Part shown: one piece after another, positions 17,526 to 25,433 of the stretch | How positions within the stretch are numbered: the stretch's first letter is position 1 | Layout: every line of letters begins with the position of its first letter | Origin: a virus | Lineage: Duplodnaviria > Caudoviricetes | DNA: 30,692 nucleotides | Direction: 5' to 3' (one strand) | Virus record (IMG/VR): IMGVR_UViG_3300045107_000151 | Coordinates: 1 to 30,692 of that record | Made by a program: the position numbers and the translations under genes | The notes under the pieces: generated by a model | What the model was told of the DNA's origin: nothing | Databases searched by the model: none | The model's input: the letters and a program-made list of their open reading frames with translations, nothing else

Positions 17526-18544
17526 TGCTCGCCCTCCGTGACGGGCTGACCGTTGGGCCAGAGCCGCTTCGCCAGGCCGAGCCCCAGCCCGGCCGTCGCC
17601 GCGCCGCCCAGCGCGTGCGGGGCGTAGCCGACCGCCCGGTACAGGTTCGCGGCCGCCGGGCTGAACTCCCCGACCACCGAGGCGTAGTGGCCACGGTCGA
17701 TCGGGTTGCCCAGCGGGTTGTTGAACAGGAACCGCCCCGCCCCGCGCAGCTGCTCCTTCAACCCCCTGTTCTCGTAGGTGAACGCCTGAAGCTCGTCGAG
17801 CAGCGTCGCCAGCCCGGACCTTGTCGCCCCTATGTTCTGGCCGTCGCCGTAGGCGTTGGCCGCCAGTCGGCTGAGGAAGGGCAGCCCTTCGGTGTTCCCC
17901 TGCTTGACGGCCTGGTCCACCAGGCCGTGCAAAACCTCGTGCCGCACCGTCCTGGGGTCGGCGCCGGGAACGAACGCCGCCACGTTGTCCCTCCAGCGGT
18001 ACATCCCCTGGAGCCCGCTCGGCGCCTCCTCCATCATCCGCGAGGCGGTGCTGAGGAGGGCGTCGTCGCCGGCCACAGGCATCCCGCCGCCGGCGCCGCC
18101 CATGATCTTGCTGATCTCCGAGGCGTGCGGGTCCACCTCGATCACGTCGAAGCCGCGCCGCTTGCCCAGCATCCGGCCGACGCCGGCGGACGGCTGCCCC
18201 TTAGCCTGGGCGGCGTAGCGGTCCAGCCTGGCCGCCGGCTGCGACCGGCCTAACAGGCGACCCGCCCCCAGCGGGCCGGCGTAGGTCAGCGGGTTGGTCA
18301 GCGCGTCCACCGCCATCCCGGCCAGGTAGTTGCCCCAGTTGTCGTCCTCGCCGGCCAGCCCGTACTGCCGCAGCAGGTCGCGGCCGGACACCTTCCGCGA
18401 CGGGTCGAGCAGGCCGATCGTCTCGGCGCCGGGCAGCAGGTTGGCCAGCTGGTCGGGGCGGCCGGCGAGCAGACCGCGAACCGCAGCGCCGGGGCGGTCC
18501 AGGGCGTCGCCGACGAAGCCCAGCGCGTCCAGGAGCATACTCAC
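17522..18544 (-). CDS. Two-module protein: N-terminal module shared with the 1103-aa internal virion protein plus a zincin-like HExxH domain (340 aa)
   Basis: QGMY...RTVRHEVLH (H202-H206) and downstream DELQA; residues 4-88 align with residues 51-137 of ORF 162..3473; start overlaps the portal stop codon. Confidence 0.75.
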   Translation of the reverse strand: MSMLLDALGFVGDALDRPGAAVRGLLAGRPDQLANLLPGAETIGLLDPSRKVSGRDLLRQYGLAGEDDNWGNYLAGMAVDALTNPLTYAGPLGAGRLLGRSQPAARLDRYAAQAKGQPSAGVGRMLGKRRGFDVIEVDPHASEISKIMGGAGGGMPVAGDDALLSTASRMMEEAPSGLQGMYRWRDNVAAFVPGADPRTVRHEVLHGLVDQAVKQGNTEGLPFLSRLAANAYGDGQNIGATRSGLATLLDELQAFTYENRGLKEQLRGAGRFLFNNPLGNPIDRGHYASVVGEFSPAAANLYRAVGYAPHALGGAATAGLGLGLAKRLWPNGQPVTEGEQ

Positions 18545-20514
18545 GGCTGGCCCCCTTTCTTGGGCGGCCGCCCGCCCTTGCCGTTTTCCTCACCAGGCGG
18601 CCGGCCGGGCGGGGGAGGCGGTGGAGGCGGGGGAGGCGGCTGAAGCATGTACTTGCTCGCGTCCAGGTCGATCGACTTGGCCCAGTCCTCGACGAGCGAG
18701 TTGATCGGGTTCACGTCGCCCGTCATCTGGGCGTACTGCATCAGCGGCTGGAATAGTTGCTGGATCGCCTGCTGCATGTTCTCCGCCTCCTGAGCCCGGT
18801 TCGGCTTGCGGGCGCTGTTCGCCTCGATGCGGTACTCCAGCTGGTAGAGGACGCCGGCCGGGTCGCTGGGCACCAGCAACTGCTCCCACATCTGGGCGCC
18901 GAGCGGGCCGAGCACCCGGACCACGTCGTCGCCCGTCAGGTGCCAGCGGGCGGCGAACGCCTCCTTGCGCGCCACGTCCGTCATCGCGTCCTCGACGCAG
19001 TTCGCCATGTCGTCGGGGCGGACGTTGATCGCGTCGCTCTTGATCTGCGCCTCCTGGGCGGAGCGCATCTGGCGGGCGCTCATGCCGTACATCAACTCCG
19101 TCAGGCCGACGCGCTGCTCGAAGGCGTGGGTCACCCGCTCGATCACGTTGTAAAGCTCCGGGTTGAACCCGGGGTGCTGCAAGAACTGGACGACCTGGTT
19201 GATCGGACCCAGCGCCTGCTCCAGCGTGATGACCGTGAAGTCAGAGCCGTGCTTGATGATCTCCTTCAACTCCTCGCCGGCGCTCTTGGCGATCGCCACG
19301 AAGTCCCGCGCCGACACCCGCACCTTCGCCGCGAGGAAGCTGTAGGCCCAGTTGAGGAACTTCAGCTCGCCCAGCCCCGGCTTCAGGTGACTCATGGGCC
19401 ACAGCTTGCCCGGCCGCCAGTGGAAGGAAAAGAAGCTGACGGGCCAGGCGTTGTCCGCCCAGTACGGCGTCTCCCACCCCGTCTGCTGCTGGACCAGCGG
19501 GAGCGCCTGCCGGAGCAGCTGCTCCTGCCCCTCGTCGAACAGGTCGCACAGGGGCGGCGGGATGTTGAGCGGGTAGTTGGGGCAGCTCTCGGCGACCACC
19601 AGGTAGACGTAGTCCCCCAACATGTCGAACTTCTTCCGCCACTGCTCGGGGATGCTGACCAGCCGGCCGCCCATCCCCATCTTGCTGTAGACTTCCCAGT
19701 AGACGATCAGGTCCGCCGTCCGCCCTTGCTTCCGCTTGTACTCCTGCTCCGGGTCGGTGGCGACGGCAGCCTGCTGGGTGCTGCTCTCCAGGCCGGGCGA
19801 CGCCCGCAGCTTCTCGACGGGGATGTTGAACTCCCGCGCCACCTCCCACGCCGGGCGGCAGCGGCGGCGGGCGATCCACTTCACGTCGGAGATCTTCGCC
19901 GCGTCGGGGTCCATGAGGAGGTTGTCCACGGAGTCGTGGAAGCTCCCCACCCACGTCTGCGTCGCCCCCGGCGGCCGGTGCCGCTGCGTCCACAGGACGC
20001 CCATCCCCTTAATGAGCGCCTCCGTGATCGTCCACCGGGAGTTGTTCTTCAGGTCCAGCGGCGTCGGGGTGTAGTTGAGGTACTTCTCCAGAAGCTCCGC
20101 CCGCGCCTTGTCGATCTCGGCCCCCTGCTGCACCAGCATCATGTCCTGCTGGAGCCGCTGCCGCGCGACCGGGTCCGCCTGGACATTCGGGTACATCGAC
20201 ATCGGCGGCTGCACGACCTGGCGCGGGTTCACCTTGCGGACGGGATTCCTGTGGTATAACGCCGGGCCGAACAGCTGCACCAACTCCGCCGTCTTGTTGA
20301 TGGTGATGCGCACGCTGGGCGCGCGCATCTCCATCTCGTCCACGTCGAAGCCGCCGCTGTTCGGGCCGCGCGGCTTGTACAGCCAGTCGTAAGGGCCGTC
20401 GAAGAAGCGCATGCACTCCTGGGCGTCGTCGTCGAACTCCGCCTTCTTGTGCTCGTAGGCGAGCTGGAGCAGCTTGAGCCACTGCCCGACAACAGGTCTG
20501 AGTGCGTCCGCCAT
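18541..20514 (-). CDS. Portal protein (657 aa)
   Basis: Size, position after terminase, and motifs TINKTAELVQLFGPALY..NP, EALIKGMGVLW, DNLLMDPDA..ISDVKWIARR, FEQRVGLTELMYG...RSAQEAQIK typical of P22-like portals; poly-Pro C-terminal tail. Confidence 0.85.
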   Translation of the reverse strand: MADALRPVVGQWLKLLQLAYEHKKAEFDDDAQECMRFFDGPYDWLYKPRGPNSGGFDVDEMEMRAPSVRITINKTAELVQLFGPALYHRNPVRKVNPRQVVQPPMSMYPNVQADPVARQRLQQDMMLVQQGAEIDKARAELLEKYLNYTPTPLDLKNNSRWTITEALIKGMGVLWTQRHRPPGATQTWVGSFHDSVDNLLMDPDAAKISDVKWIARRRCRPAWEVAREFNIPVEKLRASPGLESSTQQAAVATDPEQEYKRKQGRTADLIVYWEVYSKMGMGGRLVSIPEQWRKKFDMLGDYVYLVVAESCPNYPLNIPPPLCDLFDEGQEQLLRQALPLVQQQTGWETPYWADNAWPVSFFSFHWRPGKLWPMSHLKPGLGELKFLNWAYSFLAAKVRVSARDFVAIAKSAGEELKEIIKHGSDFTVITLEQALGPINQVVQFLQHPGFNPELYNVIERVTHAFEQRVGLTELMYGMSARQMRSAQEAQIKSDAINVRPDDMANCVEDAMTDVARKEAFAARWHLTGDDVVRVLGPLGAQMWEQLLVPSDPAGVLYQLEYRIEANSARKPNRAQEAENMQQAIQQLFQPLMQYAQMTGDVNPINSLVEDWAKSIDLDASKYMLQPPPPPPPPPPPGRPPGEENGKGGRPPKKGGQP

Positions 20515-20531
20515 CCCTGGCTACTCCGGCT

Positions 20532-20765
20532 TCAACCCTTCGGTTTCTCATCGCTGGCAATCGCGGCGTTCGCCAAGAAGGCGTTCGCCGAGAAGACGGC
20601 CCGCCCCAGGCCGGGCGGACAAAGCGTGAGAAGGCGACGCGCGAGGTCGTGGGTCCGGGAGCGGATCGCCCCGTACCGCCCGGCCCGCGCCAGCCCCCCG
20701 GTCAGTTTGTGACGCGCGAAGTCGTTGGCGATCCGCTTCACGTCTTCCGGCCGTGGCGTGCACAT
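20532..20765 (-). CDS. Degenerate Acb2/Tad1-like (nucleotide-signal sponge family) small protein, 77 aa; possibly a pseudogene
   Basis: ATG 20765 overlaps the upstream TGA; NDF..H.....RY.AIR....LA..L..LCP.G...ANAAIA resembles the family as I recall it, but the RExSLAxTKLEE segment and Trp are missing. Confidence 0.5.
   Translation of the reverse strand: MCTPRPEDVKRIANDFARHKLTGGLARAGRYGAIRSRTHDLARRLLTLCPPGLGRAVFSANAFLANAAIASDEKPKG
20565..20594. repeat. Imperfect 15-nt tandem duplication (ggcgttcgccaagaa / ggcgttcgccgagaa)
   Basis: Direct reading, 14/15 identity; encodes FSANA-FLANA on the minus strand. Confidence 0.85.
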
Positions 20766-21055
20766 CACTTCCCTCCGAGTTCCTTGAACAACTTCTCCAG
20801 CCGCTTCGTCCGCTCCGTGTGGTCCCAGCCGCCGGAGTCCCGCGTCTCCAGCCTGCGGCACGCGGGGTCGTCGATGTGATGGACGCCGTCCTCGATCCGG
20901 AACGTCTTGATGTCCGGCCCCATGACGTTCAGCGTCAGGGCGTGCTCGCCGGCCGCCGTCACGACGGCCGGGTGCGGCGACGCCGCCTTGTCGCCGTCCG
21001 GGTACCACCACACCACCTCACCGATTTCAGCCTTCGCCATTTCAGCCTTCGCCAT
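20765..21055 (-). CDS. Small hypothetical protein, SH3-like beta pattern (96 aa)
   Basis: SD GGGAGG; IGEVVWWY...PAVVT...LTLNV pattern; duplicated MAKAE start. Confidence 0.7.
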   Translation of the reverse strand: MAKAEMAKAEIGEVVWWYPDGDKAASPHPAVVTAAGEHALTLNVMGPDIKTFRIEDGVHHIDDPACRRLETRDSGGWDHTERTKRLEKLFKELGGK

Positions 21056-21063
21056 TTCAGCCT
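21024..21063. repeat. 15-nt tandem repeat, ~2.7 copies (atttcagccttcgcc)
   Basis: Two exact copies (21024-21053) plus a 10-nt partial copy (21054-21063). Confidence 0.9.
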
Positions 21064-21482
21064 CCCGCAGCAGCCACGGTCAGGTAATTCGCCTTCTTGC
21101 TGTACCAGTCCAGCCACATCCGCTCCGACTCCTCCGGCGAGGACAACTCGTCGCAGTCGATCAGCGTGTGCAGGTGCCTGGCGATCGCCTCCCAGCGGAG
21201 GCGGAAGCCGTCGTCCGGCGTCTGGTAGAACACCTGCTCCGCCCCGTCGGCGTCCTCGGGGGCGCAGGCCAGCTTCCACAACTGGGCGGCCACGTCGCGC
21301 AGCCGCGCGCCCTCCATCCCCTGCATCTTCGCCGGGCCGCGCGACGCCAGCGCCAGCCAGGGCAGTTGATGCTCGTAGGCCAGCCCCTCCCACGGCTCCG
21401 GCTCGCGGCCGCACAACTGATCGTTCAGCCTGTGCAGCGACTGGGCGGTTTCGGCCACGGACAGTTCAACGTCGTTCAGCAT
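21057..21482 (-). CDS. Hypothetical acidic helical protein (141 aa)
   Basis: TGATG coupling with the terminase stop; fills the gap. Confidence 0.65.
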   Translation of the reverse strand: MLNDVELSVAETAQSLHRLNDQLCGREPEPWEGLAYEHQLPWLALASRGPAKMQGMEGARLRDVAAQLWKLACAPEDADGAEQVFYQTPDDGFRLRWEAIARHLHTLIDCDELSSPEESERMWLDWYSKKANYLTVAAAGG

Positions 21483-23293
21483 CAGTACAACCTCCCGCCA
21501 GGGCCAAGGTGAATGACGTGCGGCCCGTCCCGGTCTTTCTTCCGCTGCATCTTCAGCCGGAAGGACTCCAGGGGGCCGCCCACCGGCCGCTTCTCCTCCT
21601 TGCGCGGCACGAACTTCGGGTCGTGCAGCGCCATGTAACGGAGGTCGTCCATCATGTGGTTGTCCTTCCGCTGGTCAGGCGCCTCCTGCACGACACCCGC
21701 CACCCGCTTCCTGTGGTAGCGCTTGATCTCGTAGAGGAAGTTGGGCAGTTTCTGCTCCATAACCCGCAGCCTGGCCTTGCCGTTCTCCCTCACCCGCAGA
21801 AGCCCCTGCACCGCCAGGACGCCGGCCATCACGTCGTCGTTCGCCAGGATGAAGCCGTGGCCGGTGGCGAGACTCTTGACCTTGTTCTGCTGGAGCGCCT
21901 CCGAATACTGCTGCATCACCGTCTTGCCGGCGGCCACCTGCGTCGTCAGCGCCATGTTCGGGTCCATGACGAACGCCTGGAAAACCTGCCCCTCGCAGGC
22001 CCGCCGCATCGCCTCGCCGAACAGGGCCGCGTTCGTCTCGCGCAGGTACAGCTCGTCGTAGAGCAGGACGATGTCCTCCTCGTCCCTGGGCGGGACCGCG
22101 ACGAACAGCACGGCGCAGACGCGGTGGCCCGGGTCAACGTAGGCGTACCGCGTCCAGTGCTTCGGCACCTCCTTGAGCGGGTGGCCGTGGATGAGCATGT
22201 TGAAGGTCGGGTAGACCTTGTAGCTCGTGATCGCGTACTCCCCGCCGACGCGGACCCGCGCCTCCTCGTCCGTCAGGTCCGCCGCGAACTCCCTCCGGGC
22301 CTCGTCGGAGATGTGCTTGTTCTCCGAGAGGAGGACGACGAACTCGCTGATGCGCCGCTTGCCCTCCGGCTTATCTACGCGCTCCTTCTCCGCCCGCTCG
22401 TGCAACTCGTACAACTGGTCGGTGCCGGCCTGCGGCGTCGCCGACCAGATCCCCCGACCCTTGCGGTCCACGATGCGGGCCGCCATCTCCGGGTACCAGG
22501 CCGGGTCGATGATCTCCTCGTCGAACCAGAAGCCGTCGATCGGGCTCCCCTGCGGCGGCTTGCCCAGCGAGGAGAAGAAGTACAACTCCCACCCGTTGGT
22601 AAGGCGAATGACGTTGGGGACGTTCTCCTTCTTGTTCTCCCAGCCGACCTCCGCCACGAACCGCTTGGGGATCAGCGGCTGCGCCGGCCTGGCCTCGCCC
22701 TCCCGCGCCGCGTCCTCCGGAGTCCAGGGGCGGAAGGCGCGCCACCGGCCGGAGTGCCGGTCGCGGATAATCTTGAAGGCGTTCGGCCGGAACAGCTTCG
22801 CGTACATCACCTTGCCGAGGTGCTTCTGGTCCTTGCCGACGAGGAACCAGCAGCCGTCCCGGACGGGGTACTTGCCGTAGGGGTCTTGCCCGGTTACCGC
22901 CCTGGCGACTTCGACCGCCGCCGTGAGGGTCTTGCCGCTTCGATTACTACCTCTAAGGATGCGATACGGGGAGTTACACGCAAGGAACCGCTCCTGCTCG
23001 GGCAGCGGCTCAAACAGGTTGAGCGCCTCGACGCGGCGCTTCGCCAGTTCGTTCACCAGGGTCCGCGTCCGCTGGAGGGTGAACGCCGAGACGTAGCCCT
23101 TGCCGTACAGGTCCGCCTCGTCGAGCGTGACGCGGTCCGCGTCCACCGAGACGCCCGGGTCGGGGTCCGTTGGCAGGCGGGCCGGCGGCACGACCTTCGG
23201 CTGCGGCCGGTTGCGCGGCGCCCGGTCAGGGTCCGGCAGGCTCTCCAGGGTTTGCTCCGGCCCCTTCCGCCGGGCCGGCCTCTTCTTCGCCAT
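21482..23293 (-). CDS. terL: Terminase large subunit (603 aa)
   Basis: Walker A GSNRSGKT, Walker B GFWFDEE, coupling motif SATP, nuclease motifs YVDPG and HMMDDLRY; exact start uncertain. Confidence 0.93.
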   Translation of the reverse strand: MAKKRPARRKGPEQTLESLPDPDRAPRNRPQPKVVPPARLPTDPDPGVSVDADRVTLDEADLYGKGYVSAFTLQRTRTLVNELAKRRVEALNLFEPLPEQERFLACNSPYRILRGSNRSGKTLTAAVEVARAVTGQDPYGKYPVRDGCWFLVGKDQKHLGKVMYAKLFRPNAFKIIRDRHSGRWRAFRPWTPEDAAREGEARPAQPLIPKRFVAEVGWENKKENVPNVIRLTNGWELYFFSSLGKPPQGSPIDGFWFDEEIIDPAWYPEMAARIVDRKGRGIWSATPQAGTDQLYELHERAEKERVDKPEGKRRISEFVVLLSENKHISDEARREFAADLTDEEARVRVGGEYAITSYKVYPTFNMLIHGHPLKEVPKHWTRYAYVDPGHRVCAVLFVAVPPRDEEDIVLLYDELYLRETNAALFGEAMRRACEGQVFQAFVMDPNMALTTQVAAGKTVMQQYSEALQQNKVKSLATGHGFILANDDVMAGVLAVQGLLRVRENGKARLRVMEQKLPNFLYEIKRYHRKRVAGVVQEAPDQRKDNHMMDDLRYMALHDPKFVPRKEEKRPVGGPLESFRLKMQRKKDRDGPHVIHLGPGGRLY

Positions 23294-23606
23294 CAGGCAT
23301 CTGCTCCATCAGACGCTTCAGCTCCGACTCCAGGTCCGCGTCGTTGACCAGGTCGATCTCCTCGCTGCCGCCCATCGCCTGGTTGGCGATATTCAGCATG
23401 CGGAGGACGCTGTCCAGGATCCGCTGCCGGATGATGCTCCCCGGCTTCGCGTTCAGGTACTCCTCCAGCAGCATCTTCGCCAGCGCCAGCGCCCCGCCCG
23501 CCGCCGCCATGAAGTGGGATACCAGTTCGGCCACCTGCGGTATCTGCACTCCTGCCCCCGCGAGGGCGCGCCGGACGGAGGCGGGGATCTTCTTGGGCTT
23601 GGGCAC
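23226..23606 (-). CDS. Putative terminase small subunit (126 aa)
   Basis: Helical protein immediately upstream of and overlapping terL, ending ...DADLESELKRL; positional inference. Confidence 0.45.
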   Translation of the reverse strand: MPKPKKIPASVRRALAGAGVQIPQVAELVSHFMAAAGGALALAKMLLEEYLNAKPGSIIRQRILDSVLRMLNIANQAMGGSEEIDLVNDADLESELKRLMEQMPDGEEEAGPAEGAGANPGEPAGP

Positions 23607-23618
23607 GTCCTAACCCCC

Positions 23619-24386
23619 TCAGCTCGGCGCGGCGGTTTGCGGCGGGGCGGGAGGCTCCGGGCCGAACCGCTTCGTCTTCCGCCCCTTCCAGTTGTGCCCC
23701 ATCGGCGCCGGCTCGCTCTCCAGGTGGAGGACGACGACTTCCGGCAGCAGGATACGCCTCCGCCGGTCCCAGTGCATGGCGAACTTGATGTCGGAGTGGC
23801 CGGCGTCGGAGTTGCAGTCCGGGTAGTCCTTCCACCGCATGCCCGAGTGGATGCCCTCCTTGTTGTGCCACATTTGGAAGAAGCCGATCGGCACGTACCC
23901 GTGCTTGCCGCGAATCACCCTGGTGCCGACCGACTTGCCCTCGGGGAAGTTGCAGCACAGGTGGTAGCCGTGCTGCGCGTGCAGATAACCCCGGCGCTGG
24001 AACTCCTGCCACTCCTCCCAGGACCGCACGTTCACGCGGTCGCAGCCGTAGATGCACTCCCTGTCCAGGCCGGCGACCGTGAGCATTCGCCGGAACTGCG
24101 GCGGAAGCACAATGTCCGCGTCGAGGTGTAGCACCCAGGCGTCCGTGTTGATGTAGTTGAGCCCCAGGGAGATTCCGCGCCCCTTGTTGAACTTCCCTTC
24201 GCTGTAGAACTCGCCGGTGGTGATACAGCCAAGGTTCCACCGGCGGCACAACTCGATGGTTTCCTTATCATCCGGGGTCGTAATGATGGTCCAGTGGTCA
24301 AAATGCTGGTGGTTCCACCTCACGGTTTCCGCCAGGAAATCCGCGTAGTGGACGCAGACCGTGACAGCCTCGACCGCGATCGTCAT
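23619..24386 (-). CDS. GT-A fold glycosyltransferase (GT2-like), 255 aa
   Basis: N-terminal VTVCV.Y..FL..T, FNKGRGISLGL, WVLHLDAD (DxD), IGFFQ, SDIKF, VVLHL. Confidence 0.85.
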   Translation of the reverse strand: MTIAVEAVTVCVHYADFLAETVRWNHQHFDHWTIITTPDDKETIELCRRWNLGCITTGEFYSEGKFNKGRGISLGLNYINTDAWVLHLDADIVLPPQFRRMLTVAGLDRECIYGCDRVNVRSWEEWQEFQRRGYLHAQHGYHLCCNFPEGKSVGTRVIRGKHGYVPIGFFQMWHNKEGIHSGMRWKDYPDCNSDAGHSDIKFAMHWDRRRRILLPEVVVLHLESEPAPMGHNWKGRKTKRFGPEPPAPPQTAAPS

Positions 24387-24389
24387 GGG

Positions 24390-24665
24390 TCACCTGTCGC
24401 AACAGCAGCATTTTCGGCCGGCGTCCGCCTTCGCCGGCGCGGCGATACACACACACGGCCAGCCTTTCAGGCAGCCGCATTGGCAGCCGGGCAGACCCGT
24501 GATCGGGCAGACCGGCGTCGCCCCTTCCTTGCGGGCGCGGCGGCCGCACGCCGGTGATTCCATCACCCCTTCGCTGCCGGCCAGCACCAGGCACAGCGCG
24601 GCGGCGATCAACAGAATCAGCCACATCACCATCGGCCGGTAGAAGAAGGCGCCTCGCCCATCCAT
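24390..24665 (-). CDS. Small membrane-anchored Cys-rich protein (91 aa, 12 Cys)
   Basis: SD TAAGGAG; TM/signal segment, then CPxxGxxGCxCGCxxGxPCxC and terminal CCCC. Confidence 0.65.
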   Translation of the reverse strand: MDGRGAFFYRPMVMWLILLIAAALCLVLAGSEGVMESPACGRRARKEGATPVCPITGLPGCQCGCLKGWPCVCIAAPAKADAGRKCCCCDR

Positions 24666-24676
24666 GGGTCATCTCC

Positions 24677-24778
24677 TTAATTCCACACGCCGCACCCGCA
24701 AGCCACGAACACGACCAGCAGGAAGGCCACGATCAGGATGGTCGCGGCGTTGGCGGCGTCAGAGATCTCGTCGGCCAC
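24677..24778 (-). CDS. 33-aa single-TM peptide (MADEISDAANAATILIVAFLLVVFVACGCGVWN)
   Basis: Hand-translated; GTG start after GAGGTGACCC; TAA stop overlaps the SD of the next gene. Confidence 0.6.
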   Translation of the reverse strand: MADEISDAANAATILIVAFLLVVFVACGCGVWN

Positions 24779-24781
24779 GGG

Positions 24782-24859
24782 TCACCTCAAGAAGCAAACG
24801 GCCGGCGTGCAACCTGGCGCCGCCCCGCCCACGGCATCGCCCGGCGCCCAACCGCCCAT
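24782..24859 (-). CDS. Possible 25-aa peptide (MGGWAPGDAVGGAAPGCTPAVCFLR)
   Basis: Strong SD GGAGGTGA before ATG; exactly fills the gap; very short. Confidence 0.35.
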   Translation of the reverse strand: MGGWAPGDAVGGAAPGCTPAVCFLR

Positions 24860-24861
24860 AT

Positions 24862-25422
24862 TCACCTCCCGGAGCCGTACTGGTTGAAGCCGCCGGACAA
24901 ATCCTTGAGCTTGTCCACGACGGTTTCCAGGATGACCACGTCCTGGATGCAGTGTTCGACGATGTAGTCCATCGCCTCGCGGTCCCCGTCGAAGGCCGCC
25001 CGGCACCAGATCTGCGCGTCCACCTCCGTCTTGGTGTTGACGCCCAGCAGGCTGGAGATCTGGTCGAGCGAGTTGTAGCTCATCCGCAGGTTGTTGCGGG
25101 CCAGCTCGACGGGGTCCACCATCACCTTCGGCTTCGGCAGCGGCGGGATGCCGGCGCGGAGCAGGCGCGTGTTGATGTACGGCAGGTCGAACTTCTTCCC
25201 GTTGTGCGCCACCCAGATCGGGTGCTTTGACAATTCCCTGGCCACCGCCGCCGCTATGGCGGAGTCGTCCGAGCGCCTCGTCTTCCAGGTCTTGCACAGC
25301 TTGTCGTGACGGAAGACGATCGGGTCGTTGCCGTCCTGCTTGATCACCGCGCAGAGGATGATCCCGAAGTTAGCGGCGAAGTTGAACGTTTCGATGTCTA
25401 CGCAGATCGAAGACAACGCCAT
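24862..25422 (-). CDS. DnaQ-like 3'-5' exonuclease (RNase_H_2 / YprB-type), 186 aa
   Basis: ExoI VDIET, ExoII HNGKKFD, ExoIII YIVEHCIQDV; SD AAAGGAGG. Confidence 0.88.
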   Translation of the reverse strand: MALSSICVDIETFNFAANFGIILCAVIKQDGNDPIVFRHDKLCKTWKTRRSDDSAIAAAVARELSKHPIWVAHNGKKFDLPYINTRLLRAGIPPLPKPKVMVDPVELARNNLRMSYNSLDQISSLLGVNTKTEVDAQIWCRAAFDGDREAMDYIVEHCIQDVVILETVVDKLKDLSGGFNQYGSGR

Positions 25423-25433
25423 TGCGGCCTCCT

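Noticed and set aside
3063-18535. Diversity-generating retroelement TR/VR pair as an explanation for the shared module
   Set aside because: Similarity is mostly at protein level, differences are not adenine-specific, and no reverse transcriptase is present in the window.
18598-18642. G-rich tract on the plus strand as a G-quadruplex or regulatory repeat
   Set aside because: Explained by the poly-proline tail of the portal protein.
21482-23293. Intein or intron in terL or portal
   Set aside because: Lengths are ordinary, motifs are contiguous, and no splice-junction or homing endonuclease motifs are visible.
20753-23347. Long plus-strand ORF (864 aa) and similar antisense or alternate-frame ORFs (592..2331, 1236..2627, 8555..9931, 18757..20259)
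   Set aside because: Shadow frames of high-GC3 minus-strand genes; Arg/Pro/Gly-rich, no motifs, and they fully overlap well-supported genes.
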